Assembly (NCBI GenBank): GCA_963843145.1
Contig: CAWJJC010000027.1
Span: 96,001 to 160,000, forward strand
Source of the DNA: an uncultured delta proteobacterium
GTDB lineage: Bacteria > Desulfobacterota > RBG-13-43-22
Length of the DNA: 64,000 bases
Direction: 5' to 3'
The position numbers were made by a program, and so were the translations under genes. Position 1 is the first letter of the stretch; each line of letters opens with the position of its first letter. The notes under the pieces were generated by a model, which saw nothing but the letters and a program-made list of their open reading frames with translations, made no database searches and was not told the DNA's origin. Shown here in pieces: positions 42,678 through 52,110 of this stretch.

Positions 42678-43088
42678 ATGCCGAAAATGACCAAGGAAAT
42701 GCAGGAGATGTTTAATCGGACCGGGATCAAACAACTGGCTACGGCTGACAAAAAGGGGGTCCCCAATGTAGTGCCGATCAGTTTCATGAAGATTTTGGAT
42801 GACGAAACCATCCTGGCCTCGGCGGTCTTCATGACCAAGACCTTCCAGAATCTGAAAGAGAATCCCGTTTGCGCCCTGTCGGTCTGGGAAGGCTTTACGG
42901 GGTATCAATTCAAGGGTGCGGTTACGGTTGCCACCAGCGGATCGGTTTTTGAGGAGACGCAGGCCTGGACCGAAGAAGAAGGCAAGAAACTGGGATTGCC
43001 GCTCAAATCCAAGGGGGCGGTGCTGATTAAGCTCACCGAAATTTACTCGATTTCTCCAGGCCCGGATGCGGGAAACAAAATCGCCTAG
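42678..43088 (+). CDS. pyridoxamine 5-phosphate oxidase-like FMN-binding protein
   Basis: LATADKKGVPNVVP, KTFQNLKENP, GYQFKG, PGPDAG. Confidence 0.88.
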   Translation: MPKMTKEMQEMFNRTGIKQLATADKKGVPNVVPISFMKILDDETILASAVFMTKTFQNLKENPVCALSVWEGFTGYQFKGAVTVATSGSVFEETQAWTEEEGKKLGLPLKSKGAVLIKLTEIYSISPGPDAGNKIA

Positions 43089-43169
43089 CAGGAAATTTTT
43101 CCTGCCATCGTTTCTAAATCCGTTTACCTTAAAGTAAGGAATATTATAGTAGTAATGAGAAAGAGGGAC

Positions 43170-43439
43170 ATGGCCACCCTGACCAGCAAGGGGCAGGTAA
43201 CCATCCCCAAAGTTGTACGGGATTCCCTGCAACTGCGGGCCGGCGACAAGGTAGAATTCGTCCTCTCCGACGAGAAAGAGGCCCTTTTCCGACCGATCAC
43301 CAAAAAAGTTGATGAGGTCTTCGGTCGACTATACCGCCAAGGCACAAATGCTGTTTCCGTTGAACAAATGGACGCCGGCCTTAAACGAAAGATGCGGGTT
43401 TTTCAGCCGGGTCCAATGAACAAGCGTCGACTATTTTAG
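43170..43439 (+). CDS. AbrB/MazE-family antitoxin (no adjacent PIN toxin)
   Basis: ATLTSKGQVTIPK.VR..L.L..GDKVEF. Confidence 0.85.
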   Translation: MATLTSKGQVTIPKVVRDSLQLRAGDKVEFVLSDEKEALFRPITKKVDEVFGRLYRQGTNAVSVEQMDAGLKRKMRVFQPGPMNKRRLF

Positions 43440-43452
43440 TCCGGAAAATTTT

Positions 43453-43764
43453 TTATCTTTCAAATAGCGCTAAACTTAACAGACGGGCACTGTGTAGAAC
43501 GCGCAGGATAAGGACCCTGGAGCCATCGATTCTGAAAACAGTTCTGTACGGGCCATAGATAATATGACGATATTCCCTTCCTAATTCCGTTGATTCCGGT
43601 ATGACCGGGCATCGCAGAGGATATCGTTCCAGGGAATCGATTTGTCGTTCTAATTCACTCACCAATCTGTTGGCCGCCGCCTCGTTGTCCACCGCGATAT
43701 AGTGGAAGATTTCTCTCAGGTCAGATTCAGCGGTGGCAGTAATCTCAACGCGATACTTTGGCAT
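43453..43764 (-). CDS. RelE/ParE-family toxin
   Basis: VEITATAESDLREIFHYIA, YRTVFRI, ILRVLHSAR. Confidence 0.88.
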   Translation of the reverse strand: MPKYRVEITATAESDLREIFHYIAVDNEAAANRLVSELERQIDSLERYPLRCPVIPESTELGREYRHIIYGPYRTVFRIDGSRVLILRVLHSARLLSLALFER

Positions 43765-44030
43765 TCTTCCGGAACTCCTTCAGGAAATCCCGGGCCCCCC
43801 CGGGTACGACCTTCACGGATATCGACTTCCGCCTCAGCCAGCAAATTGCCCAGGTTTAGCGATTTCAATTTTCTTTCAAAAACTTCCACCTCCAATAAAA
43901 CGGCATCCGGCCGGCCATTCACGGTAACGATAATTGGACGGCCCGTCTGGTGCATTTGTCTAAAGATTTCATTGGTTTTCTTCTTAAGCTCGGAAACCGA
44001 CTTTATGTCTTCGGAAATACTCAAGGCCAT
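43745..44030 (-). CDS. Phd/YefM-family antitoxin (frameshift in C run near 43795)
   Basis: IKSVSELK, PIIVTVNGRPDAVL; overlaps toxin start. Confidence 0.85.
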
Positions 44031-44162
44031 GCCCCTTGGCCTCCTTTCTGATATTATATAAGATACTTAATATGATATCATTAGAAGGGCTAAAATAGAA
44101 GAAAAAAATCATCTAGGTCAGCTCATAAAAATGTATTATGATAAAGTCAGGAGGCTGGAACC

Positions 44163-45404
44163 ATGTCCAACGCCAAGCTGACCTTCTATGGGACCCATTG
44201 GTGTCCTGACTGCCGGCGCAGCCGACAGTTTCTGGGGGAGCAACAGATTCCCTATCAGTGGATCGATCTCGAGAAAAATCCGGAAGCCGAGCAACTGGTC
44301 ATCCAAATGAACCAGGGGAAACGCATTATCCCCACGATTGTCTTTAGCGACGGCTCCTTCCTGGCTGAGCCGAGCAATACGGAGCTGGCCGTCAAATTGG
44401 GGCTCAAGACCACGGCCAGCCGCCGCCACTACCAAGTCATCATTATCGGCGGCGGACCGGCTGGACTGACCGCGGCCTTGTACACGGCCCGGGAAGGGAT
44501 CGATACTCTGCTGATGGAATCGGCTTCCTTTGGCGGACAGATTGCCGCAACGGAACAACTGGACAACTTTCCGGGTTTCCCGGAGGGCATCATCGGTCTG
44601 GAACTGGCCGGACGCCTTCGTCAGCAGGCCCTCCGCTTCGGGGTGGAAATGCTGGAAACCCAGAAGGCGGTTGCCCTGCAACGCCGGGAGTTTTACCTGA
44701 CCATTCAAACCGGGGACGAACTGCTCTACACCGCGGAGGCTGTGCTGCTGGCCACCGGCGGTAACTACAAGCGGCTCAACGTCCCCGGAGAAGACCGGTA
44801 TCTGGGCGCCGGCGTCCATTTTTGTTCCACCTGCGACGGCCCTTTTTATAAGGGGAAAGCCGTCGCCGTGGTGGGAGGAGGAAACAGCGCCGCCCAGGAA
44901 AGTCTTTTCCTGACTCAGTTCGCCGATCGGGTGACGGTCCTGGTGCGGGGCGAGACCTTTAGGGCCAGCAAGATCCTTGAAGAAAAAGTGCTGAATCATC
45001 CCAAGATCGCCGTCCGCTGGCAAACCACGGTTCGGGAATTCGTCGGCCGGAAATCCAAACTGGAAAAGCTTAAGCTGATCAACACGGTCAGCGGGGTGGA
45101 GGAGGAAATGGCCGTGGACGGGGCCTTCATCTTCATCGGCCTGACGCCCCACACCGCCTTTCTACGGGATTCGGCCATCCGGCTCGATCCGGGCGGATTT
45201 GTGGTCACCGGTTACGATCTCCTGCACGGCGGCGACCGGCCCCCGGGCTATGAAAATCGGGATCCGCTGCTTCTGGAAACCAGCCTGCCCGGGGTCTTTG
45301 CTGCCGGCGATGTGCGCCGGGGCAGCACCAAGCAGGCCGCCAGCGCCGCCGGCGAAGGGGCCAGCGCCGCCCTGGAAATACGCGAACAACTCAAGATGAG
45401 GTAA
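44163..45404 (+). CDS. glutaredoxin/NrdH - thioredoxin reductase fusion
   Basis: N-terminal WCPDC...IPT; GGGPAGLTAA, CSTCDG, GGGNSA, GVFAAGDVR. Confidence 0.9.
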   Translation: MSNAKLTFYGTHWCPDCRRSRQFLGEQQIPYQWIDLEKNPEAEQLVIQMNQGKRIIPTIVFSDGSFLAEPSNTELAVKLGLKTTASRRHYQVIIIGGGPAGLTAALYTAREGIDTLLMESASFGGQIAATEQLDNFPGFPEGIIGLELAGRLRQQALRFGVEMLETQKAVALQRREFYLTIQTGDELLYTAEAVLLATGGNYKRLNVPGEDRYLGAGVHFCSTCDGPFYKGKAVAVVGGGNSAAQESLFLTQFADRVTVLVRGETFRASKILEEKVLNHPKIAVRWQTTVREFVGRKSKLEKLKLINTVSGVEEEMAVDGAFIFIGLTPHTAFLRDSAIRLDPGGFVVTGYDLLHGGDRPPGYENRDPLLLETSLPGVFAAGDVRRGSTKQAASAAGEGASAALEIREQLKMR

Positions 45405-45413
45405 GGAAAACCC

Positions 45414-46085
45414 ATGACCGGAATCGCGGAAATAGTCCTTAGACTGCTCCTTGGAGCCATGTTGGGCGGAATTGTCGGCTTCGAACGCTATACCCACGGC
45501 CGGCCGGCCGGATTCAGGACGCATCTCATTGTCTGCCTGGCGTCCGTCCTGATTATGATTGTTTCGGTCGATTTTCAATACCTCACCAAACAAAATCCCA
45601 ACTATATACGAATCGATCCTTCTCGGATAGCCGCCGGGGCTATTACGGGAATAGGGTTTCTGGGCGCCGGCGTCATCATTAAGACGGGATTTATTGTCCA
45701 GGGCCTGACCACCGCCGCTTGCCTCTGGATCGTTTCCGCCATCGGCCTGTCCGTGGGCGTTGGCCTTTATCTCCCGGCTATTATTGCCACTTTTATTACG
45801 ATGGTGGCGCTCTATTTTCTGAGAGGAATTGAGCAGAAAATGGAAAAGAAAGTGTTTAAACAGGTCGGCATCACGACCGACAGCGACGATAAGGAGAAAA
45901 TAGTCGAAGCGACCTTAAAGGAGGCCAAGGCGGTGATCACCAATATTAATTATGAATACGCCCGCCCGGACGCAGTCTACAGTTACACTTTCACTATTTC
46001 AGTCGACGACCGGGAAGACCTCCGTGGATTACTTTCCAAACTTAGTTCAATTGCCGGGATCAGCCGGGTATCCATCAAGGGCTGA
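45414..46085 (+). CDS. MgtC/SapB family membrane protein
   Basis: GFER...PAGFRTH, DPSRIAAGAITGIGFLGAG, GLTTAA. Confidence 0.92.
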   Translation: MTGIAEIVLRLLLGAMLGGIVGFERYTHGRPAGFRTHLIVCLASVLIMIVSVDFQYLTKQNPNYIRIDPSRIAAGAITGIGFLGAGVIIKTGFIVQGLTTAACLWIVSAIGLSVGVGLYLPAIIATFITMVALYFLRGIEQKMEKKVFKQVGITTDSDDKEKIVEATLKEAKAVITNINYEYARPDAVYSYTFTISVDDREDLRGLLSKLSSIAGISRVSIKG

Positions 46086-46124
46086 GTTTTAGGTGGACCA
46101 ATCGAGACCTCACCGCCGTGGAGG

Positions 46125-46518
46125 ATGACTATTATGCCATTCAAAGAGGGAACTGATGAAATTTTGGTTAAACCGGTGCCCGCGGATCCAGTCGAAGCCG
46201 CTTGCGGATCCATCGAAGGGGATTTCTCCCTAACCGCCGATCTGCTGGTTGAACGCCATAAGGATAAAAAAAGTGAATCCTTCGGTTATCCTCGACCGTT
46301 TCGCCCTGCTGGGTCAGTTCCCGATTAGTATTCTTCCGGTGGATGATCCCTTTGTCCGCGAAGCCGCCGAAATCAAGTCCGGACACCCCATCGCTTACGC
46401 CGACGCCTTCTGCACGGCCCTGGCCCAACGCCATCAGGGGCGGGTCTTGACCGGGGACCCGGAGTTCAAGACGGTAGAGAAATTAGTCGCCATCCAATGG
46501 CTGAAGGGCCGGAATTAA
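46125..46518 (+). pseudogene. degraded antitoxin and PIN (VapC) toxin remnant
   Basis: PIN C-terminus AAEIKSGHPIAYADAFCTALA...LTGDPEFK; N-terminal half missing; antitoxin tail DPVEAACG..LTADLL upstream. Confidence 0.7.
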
Positions 46519-46566
46519 GTTCAAAGGACTGATGGATATTTCAACCAATGCCGCGGCATTGATGCC

Positions 46567-47459
46567 GTTTCAATCCACGCCCCCGCGCGGGGGGCGACTG
46601 TTCTTGACAGGACGGTTTCAATCCACGCCCCCGCGCGGGGGGCGACCTACCGGATCCGGTGGCCTAGGCTGCCATTCAGTGTTTCAATCCACGCCCCCGC
46701 GCGGGGGGCGACTCAACTCGGCCGATCATAGCGCATGGCCGTATCACGGTGTTTCAATCCACGCCCCCGCGCGGGGGGCGACGTATCGGCCTGCATGTCC
46801 GGTATCGCTTGGCCGGTTGTTTCAATCCACGCCCCCGCGCGGGGGGCGACAGTCGGCAATCGGATCCGGTGACGTCTGGCTCGATAGTTTCAATCCACGC
46901 CCCCGCGCGGGGGGCGACCTGCAGCGTTGCTGAGCGTTGTGGCCATCAACTCTGACGTTTCAATCCACGCCCCCGCGCGGGGGGCGACATCTTGCAGCCG
47001 AGACAGTACCTCGGTTACGCTGAGGTTTCAATCCACGCCCCCGCGCGGGGGGCGACTTACATCAGCAGCGATGTAGACGTCTACATGATGTTTCAATCCA
47101 CGCCCCCGCGCGGGGGGCGACTGCAGCGCATTATCGCGTCCAGGCTCATGAGGTTTCAATCCACGCCCCCGCGCGGGGGGCGACTAGCGGCGCAGTACAG
47201 GCAGCAGATCAGCTACATGTTTCAATCCACGCCCCCGCGCGGGGGGCGACCCGCATGCCACGAGTGCGATCAATGCCGATGACGTGTTTCAATCCACGCC
47301 CCCGCGCGGGGGGCGACACCGGCGAGTATGAGTATCGCCGGCGCATGAGTTTGCAACGAAGTTTCAATCCACGCCCCCGCGCGGGGGGCGACCTCGATCT
47401 CATGCGGCCATCCCGTACGAGACTAGTGTTTCAATCCACGCCCCCGCGCGGGGGGCGAC
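46567..47459 (-). CRISPR. type I-C CRISPR array, 14 repeats and 13 spacers
   Basis: 32-bp repeat GTTTCAATCCACGCCCCCGCGCGGGGGGCGAC (plus strand) at 46567, 46615, 46681, 46751, 46819, 46887, 46957, 47025, 47090, 47153, 47219, 47286, 47361, 47428; spacers 16-43 nt. Confidence 0.98.
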
Positions 47460-47690
47460 TGTTTACTTCCAACTTCTTTAAAACATTACATTTATCAACC
47501 CATTTTTGCGAACCCGTCTCCAGAACATCCTAATCGTATTAAATTTTCAAAGAGCCTTATTTGTAACTTACTGATATATAAAAACAAATCTCTTGCGCGA
47601 ACCGACTCTACGCAAACCATCCATAACTCATTGATAAATTTCCATAAGCTCCCATTCTCCTGGAACGGCAGCTTATGGTTCGCACTTGAC
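47460..47690 (-). promoter_or_regulatory. CRISPR leader
   Basis: AT-rich region between cas2 and the first repeat with repeated GCGAACC motifs. Confidence 0.8.
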
Positions 47691-47691
47691 T

Positions 47692-47982
47692 CTAAACCAC
47701 CAGCGGGTCTTCCAGATCATATCCTTTTTTGGCTCCCACGTGCTCCATCCGGCGTTTCCAGTTGGACCCCAGGAAATAGAATCGCAGGCTGTCCTGTTCC
47801 GGATTAATCTCTTTGATCAACCGGTCTCGAAAAAAGGCCCAGCGCGCGGGATCCACGGAGCATTCGAATACCGAATACTGCACCCGCTGGCCGTTATTTT
47901 TGCAGACCTTGGCCACCCGGGCCAACCGGCGCCGGCCTTCCGGCTCTATCGTGGAAACATCATAGCTGACAACGACCATCAT
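47692..47982 (-). CDS. cas2: CRISPR-associated Cas2
   Basis: VVSYDVST, GQRVQYSVFEC, DSLRFYFLG. Confidence 0.95.
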   Translation of the reverse strand: MMVVVSYDVSTIEPEGRRRLARVAKVCKNNGQRVQYSVFECSVDPARWAFFRDRLIKEINPEQDSLRFYFLGSNWKRRMEHVGAKKGYDLEDPLVV

Positions 47983-48023
47983 AATCAGTCACCATTTCCG
48001 CTTGGGGCTGCGGCTATAGAGCT

Positions 48024-48112
48024 TTTTCACCGCCGAGTCGCTGAGTTCGCCGAGGAATTTTTTTCCTGAAATCGGGAGATACCGATTTCAGGAAACCTCA
48101 CGGCCTGCGGCA
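48024..48112. repeat. TTTTCACCGC-type hairpin repeat between cas1 and cas2
   Basis: Similar to 49228-49320 between cas4 and cas1, including GAAATCGG..CCGATTTC stem and CCTGCGGC end. Confidence 0.6.
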
Positions 48113-48175
48113 CAGCCTTTATTTCTTTTGCTTCCATCTCCCCTCTTCCCTCTTCCATCTTTTTATTGATTCCCT

Positions 48176-49208
48176 TTACTTCCATAAAAATGGCGGATAA
48201 CCATCCAGGTCACCGCGAATATGCCGCGCCAGGAGCATGGCCTGGAGATGAGGCAGCAGACCCATAGTAACCTTTTCTTCCAAGAAAGGATGGACGAGTT
48301 CATCCTGTTTCCTTTTCTGATAAGCCACCAGGACGGTTTTTCTGGTCTCGTCATCCATGAGCACCGCGCCATTTTCTTTAGTGGTGAAGCCTTTCTTCTG
48401 AACCTGGTTGAGATTAATCAAGGAAAGGGCCAGACGATCGGCAAAGACCGGCCGAAACTCCTCCATCAGGTCGAGGGCCAAACCCGGACGGCCCGGTCGA
48501 TCCCGGTGCAGAAACCCCACCGCCGGATCGAGCCCCACGCACTCCAGGGCGGAACGCACATCATGCATCAACAGAGTATAGAGAAACGACAACAGGCAAT
48601 TAACCCGGTCCAATGGCGGACGTCGGTTTCGCTCGGCAAAGGTAAAATCCCCCTTCTGGGAAAGGATCAGGTGATCGAAGACCCCAAAATAGGTATGGGC
48701 CGCCTCCCCCTCGATGCCGCGAAGCACATCGAGGGATGTGTCGCCTGATAACGCCTGAAGATTGTACTTTAAGCGCTCATAAGCCGACCGAACCTCATCC
48801 TCATTAACCTTCGCCGAATGATCCCGGAGCGTTCGGCCCAGGACCGATCGGCAATTGGCCACTTTACCGACGAGGATGGACCCGGCCATCCGGGCCGATT
48901 GAGCCTCATCGTCGGCCCAACGGTACTGCTGCCTCCTAAGGAGTACATTTCCGGAGACCGGCCCCTGAACCCGAGCCAAAAAACGGCCATGCTCTGAAAG
49001 GAAGCTGAGGCTCACCCCCTGCTCGGCGCAAAAACCCATCAGAAAAGGGCTGCAGGAAACCTGGCCGAAGCAGACGATCCCCCCGATGGTATGGATCGGG
49101 AGCTGCAGGAGGATCTCCTTCTCCGCTCTTGACCACCACAGTTTCCCCCTCCTTGGAGAGGTAGGCCCCCTGGGTGGTGACAAATAGGGTATTTAAGTGT
49201 TTTTTCAT
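48176..49208 (-). CDS. cas1: type I-C Cas1 (frameshift near 49125)
   Basis: [69 protein letters not shown]. Confidence 0.95.
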
Positions 49209-49361
49209 GGCAACACCGTTTAAAAACTTTTCACCGCAAAGGCGCGAAGGGCGCAAAGGGAATCATCTTCTGGAAAATCGAAGAAAGCCCGATTTTCCAG
49301 AAACCCCTCAACCTGCGGCGCTTCATTCGATTCAAATCTCATCACACGATGATTCGTCTTG

Positions 49362-50004
49362 TCAATCTTTCAGGTCCTTCAGCGCAGTCGAAAGATAACG
49401 TTTTATGTCCCTTTTCCGGCCTAAGGACTGGGGCAGGCAAACCTCGATCAGGGAACATTGTTTGCATTTTTTTCCATAAACGGCCGGCGGGGTTATTCCA
49501 GCATCCAGGAGTTTATGGACCCCGGCGGCCGTTTCTTCGGTTGTTTTCCTCAATTCCGGTGAAAAAACTACGTCATGGCGACGTCTGGTTTTTCCATAGA
49601 AAAGGGCGCCCTCCGGGACCTCGACGCCGATCATTTCCTCCAGGCACATGGCCTGGGCGCAAAGCTGGACCTCATCGCAATGGTCCGGCTTGGGCTTTCC
49701 CCGCTTGTACTCCACCGGAAAAGGCCTCCACCCGCCTCCAGGCTGCGGATGAAATTCCACCACGTCGGCCACCCCTACCAGCCCGAGCCGGAGAGAGCGC
49801 AACGAAAGGCCTCGCTCGATTCTCGCCCCGGCCCGGGTCTCCCCTTCCTGCTCGTGGACCCGCTCGTGCAGGATGCGGCCCTCAGCGGTCCAGCGATTTT
49901 CCTCCCACACCTGTTCGATATGAATCAAGGCGCACTGGCGCTCGCAGAAGGCAAAATGCTGCAAGGCCGAGAGCATGATCAGGTTGTCTTCGGTAGTAGC
50001 TCAT
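49362..50004 (-). CDS. cas4: Cas4 exonuclease (probable 1-nt indel just after ATG)
   Basis: LSALQHFAFCERQ, ADVVEF, PVEYKRGKPK, QLCAQAMCLEEM, CKQCSLIEVC. Confidence 0.95.
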
Positions 50005-50597
50005 GGCCCCTTCCAGGGTCCCCGGGCCTGGGTCCGGGTCCGGTAAAGCCTTTCGGTAAAGCCGCCCTCCTTTAAAAAGGCTTTCTCCAGCGCCCGAAGC
50101 TGCTGGTCCAGCAGGTAGTTGGTCTGGTGGATCAGGCAGACCATGGTGTTGGCGGCCACTTCTGCCGAGCCCTCTTCAAGATAGGTCTTATAGGTCAAAT
50201 AGGACCTATCTTGAGCATAGCAGAGCTTTCTGACAGCTTTGGCTTGGGAATGATCCTTGCCCCAGAGGGGCAGGCCCTTTTGCCGCAAAAAATCCTTGAA
50301 ATCCACCAATAGTTCTTCCAGGCTGGCCCGGGCCACACCAACCAGCTTCAGCTCGGTCTTCTTGGAGGTGCCGGAGGCCTGGCTGCCTTCAGCTATATTC
50401 TGCTTGCCGCTGCGCGCCGCCTGGGCCATCTGATCGTGCGTGCGGGAACGGCGAGAGATGAAACGGTCGCAGAAAAATACGGCGCCGTCATAGACGATCT
50501 CGGCCATTTTGAAGGACTGGAGATCCTGGTAACCGCCGTGGGGAGGGATGAGGGCGGAAGGGGCGTTGGGAAGTTTGTTTCCGGAATGGGCTGCCAT
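50001..50597 (-). CDS. four-helix-bundle (23S-IVS-like) protein with suffix domain
   Basis: GGYQDL.SF, DQMAQAARSGKQNIAEG, ARASLEELL.DF, F..EGGFTERLY. Confidence 0.88.
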   Translation of the reverse strand: MAAHSGNKLPNAPSALIPPHGGYQDLQSFKMAEIVYDGAVFFCDRFISRRSRTHDQMAQAARSGKQNIAEGSQASGTSKKTELKLVGVARASLEELLVDFKDFLRQKGLPLWGKDHSQAKAVRKLCYAQDRSYLTYKTYLEEGSAEVAANTMVCLIHQTNYLLDQQLRALEKAFLKEGGFTERLYRTRTQARGPWKGP

Positions 50598-50644
50598 TGG
50601 TTTACAGGGCCTCCTTGGTTTAGGGGAATTATCAGCTTTAATCC

Positions 50645-51205
50645 TCAGTAAATGCAAAACCTACACCAACTGCCCTTGGCTTTGGCGATCTCGGCGGTCA
50701 GGATGGCGTATTCTTTCTCCTGCCGGACCTCCCGATTTCTCCACTCTTCGGTCAATTCCTCCCGGATGGCGATCCCGCGCATCCGTTTTTCTATCCAGTC
50801 ATCGGAGTAGCCCTTGGCCTTATAAAGCGCCCGGGTCCTCTTCGTTCCCAACTCGGGATCTTCTATCTCTTGCACCCGCTCGTACCCCACCTTGGCCAGC
50901 CAACGCTTGAAGGGTTCCGCCTTAGGGGAAGGAATAGACTGAATAATGCGGAAAACGCCTTCGGTATTGGCGCAATCGGTTTCCCTCAGCTTCCCATCCG
51001 AGGCGGTCAACTTCAACCCGTGACAAAATGTCACGACTTCACTTCCTTCTTCATTGAGCCTTTGCTTTAATTTTCTCCAATAGGCCCCTGCATCGACGCT
51101 TCCCGTCAAAACGGCACAAACATCGACAATCGAAAACCACCATTCATTCTTATGGATCGTTTTTCGGATTTCCTTGCCTTTGAAAACAGCTATGTTTGTC
51201 TCCAT
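50645..51205 (-). CDS. Bro-N domain (phage antirepressor-like) protein, C-terminally truncated
   Basis: IRK....EWWFSIVDV, YWRKLKQRL, IQSIPSPKAEPFKRWLAKVGYER; breaks after AEIAKA. Confidence 0.85.
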   Translation of the reverse strand: METNIAVFKGKEIRKTIHKNEWWFSIVDVCAVLTGSVDAGAYWRKLKQRLNEEGSEVVTFCHGLKLTASDGKLRETDCANTEGVFRIIQSIPSPKAEPFKRWLAKVGYERVQEIEDPELGTKRTRALYKAKGYSDDWIEKRMRGIAIREELTEEWRNREVRQEKEYAILTAEIAKAKGSWCRFCIY

Positions 51206-51217
51206 TTACTGATATCC

Positions 51218-52106
51218 TCAGATTTTTTCCTCAATAGATACCCCTTGAGGAGGATTATCTTTTAGAACGTGGACTTGATAGTCAGAAAAAGCCCTTGCCG
51301 GGGTTGAAACATCAGTCGCTCGGTTGACCTTAACAAAATCAAATAGTTTATGCGCTGGGGCGTTCCCCAGGGCGGAGTCATGTTTAAAGACAATCAATTT
51401 CCGGGCGTTCATTTTTCCCCGGGCAGCCGAATGATCATGGTCAAACATGTTAATCAAGGCATCCCACAATATTGATAGGTCGTCTTCTGAAAAACCAGTT
51501 TGAGCGGCAAGATGGGCTGAGATATATCCCTCGGCACGGTAGAGGGCGTAGGGGACGATGTGTTTTCTGCCCATAGTTCGGTTGTCACCGCTTTGTTGTT
51601 CGGCTTCTTTTTCAGTGGCAACCGCCATTCGAGTAATGCTTATCTCCATAGGGACAATGGACTCTAAACTTCGTGCAAAATTCAATTGAACAGGACCACG
51701 GACTTGACCACAATTAACCCCCGTAGACATAACGGCTCCAAAGGTCCTTACATCATAAAAATTATCACACATCCACTTCTCGGGCATTTTCTACCTCATC
51801 GCCGGTTCCTTTGCGTTTCTTACCCTCCCCTTTATCTGCAACTCCGACAGCCTTATGTGCTCTCTCATGAGTCTGGTTGAGGATGGCCTTCTCCCGAATA
51901 TAAATTTCATAAGGGGATTGACCACCTTTCACGATCTCAACAAAATTCCTGATTTTTCTCTTTAAACAGACATCGGTCACTAACCCAAAACTTGTTTCCG
52001 GATCAATACGAGGCATATTGCCGGCATCAGGGTCACCATTAGGGTTTCCGTTTTCGACATCAAAGAGATAAACAAATTCGTAGCGACTTTTAATAGATTC
52101 GTTCAT
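51218..52106 (-). CDS. cas7: type I-C Cas7/Csd2 (frameshift near 51780)
   Basis: [51 protein letters not shown]. Confidence 0.95.
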
Positions 52107-52110
52107 TTTA

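Noticed and set aside
46532-47533. ORFs with FQSTPPRGGR repeats
   Set aside because: They are translations of the CRISPR repeats.
50001-50597. Four-helix-bundle protein as the DGR Avd partner of the DUF1566 target
   Set aside because: Its motifs fit the widespread IVS-like/suffix-domain family, there is no adjacent RT or TR, and it is 26 kb away.
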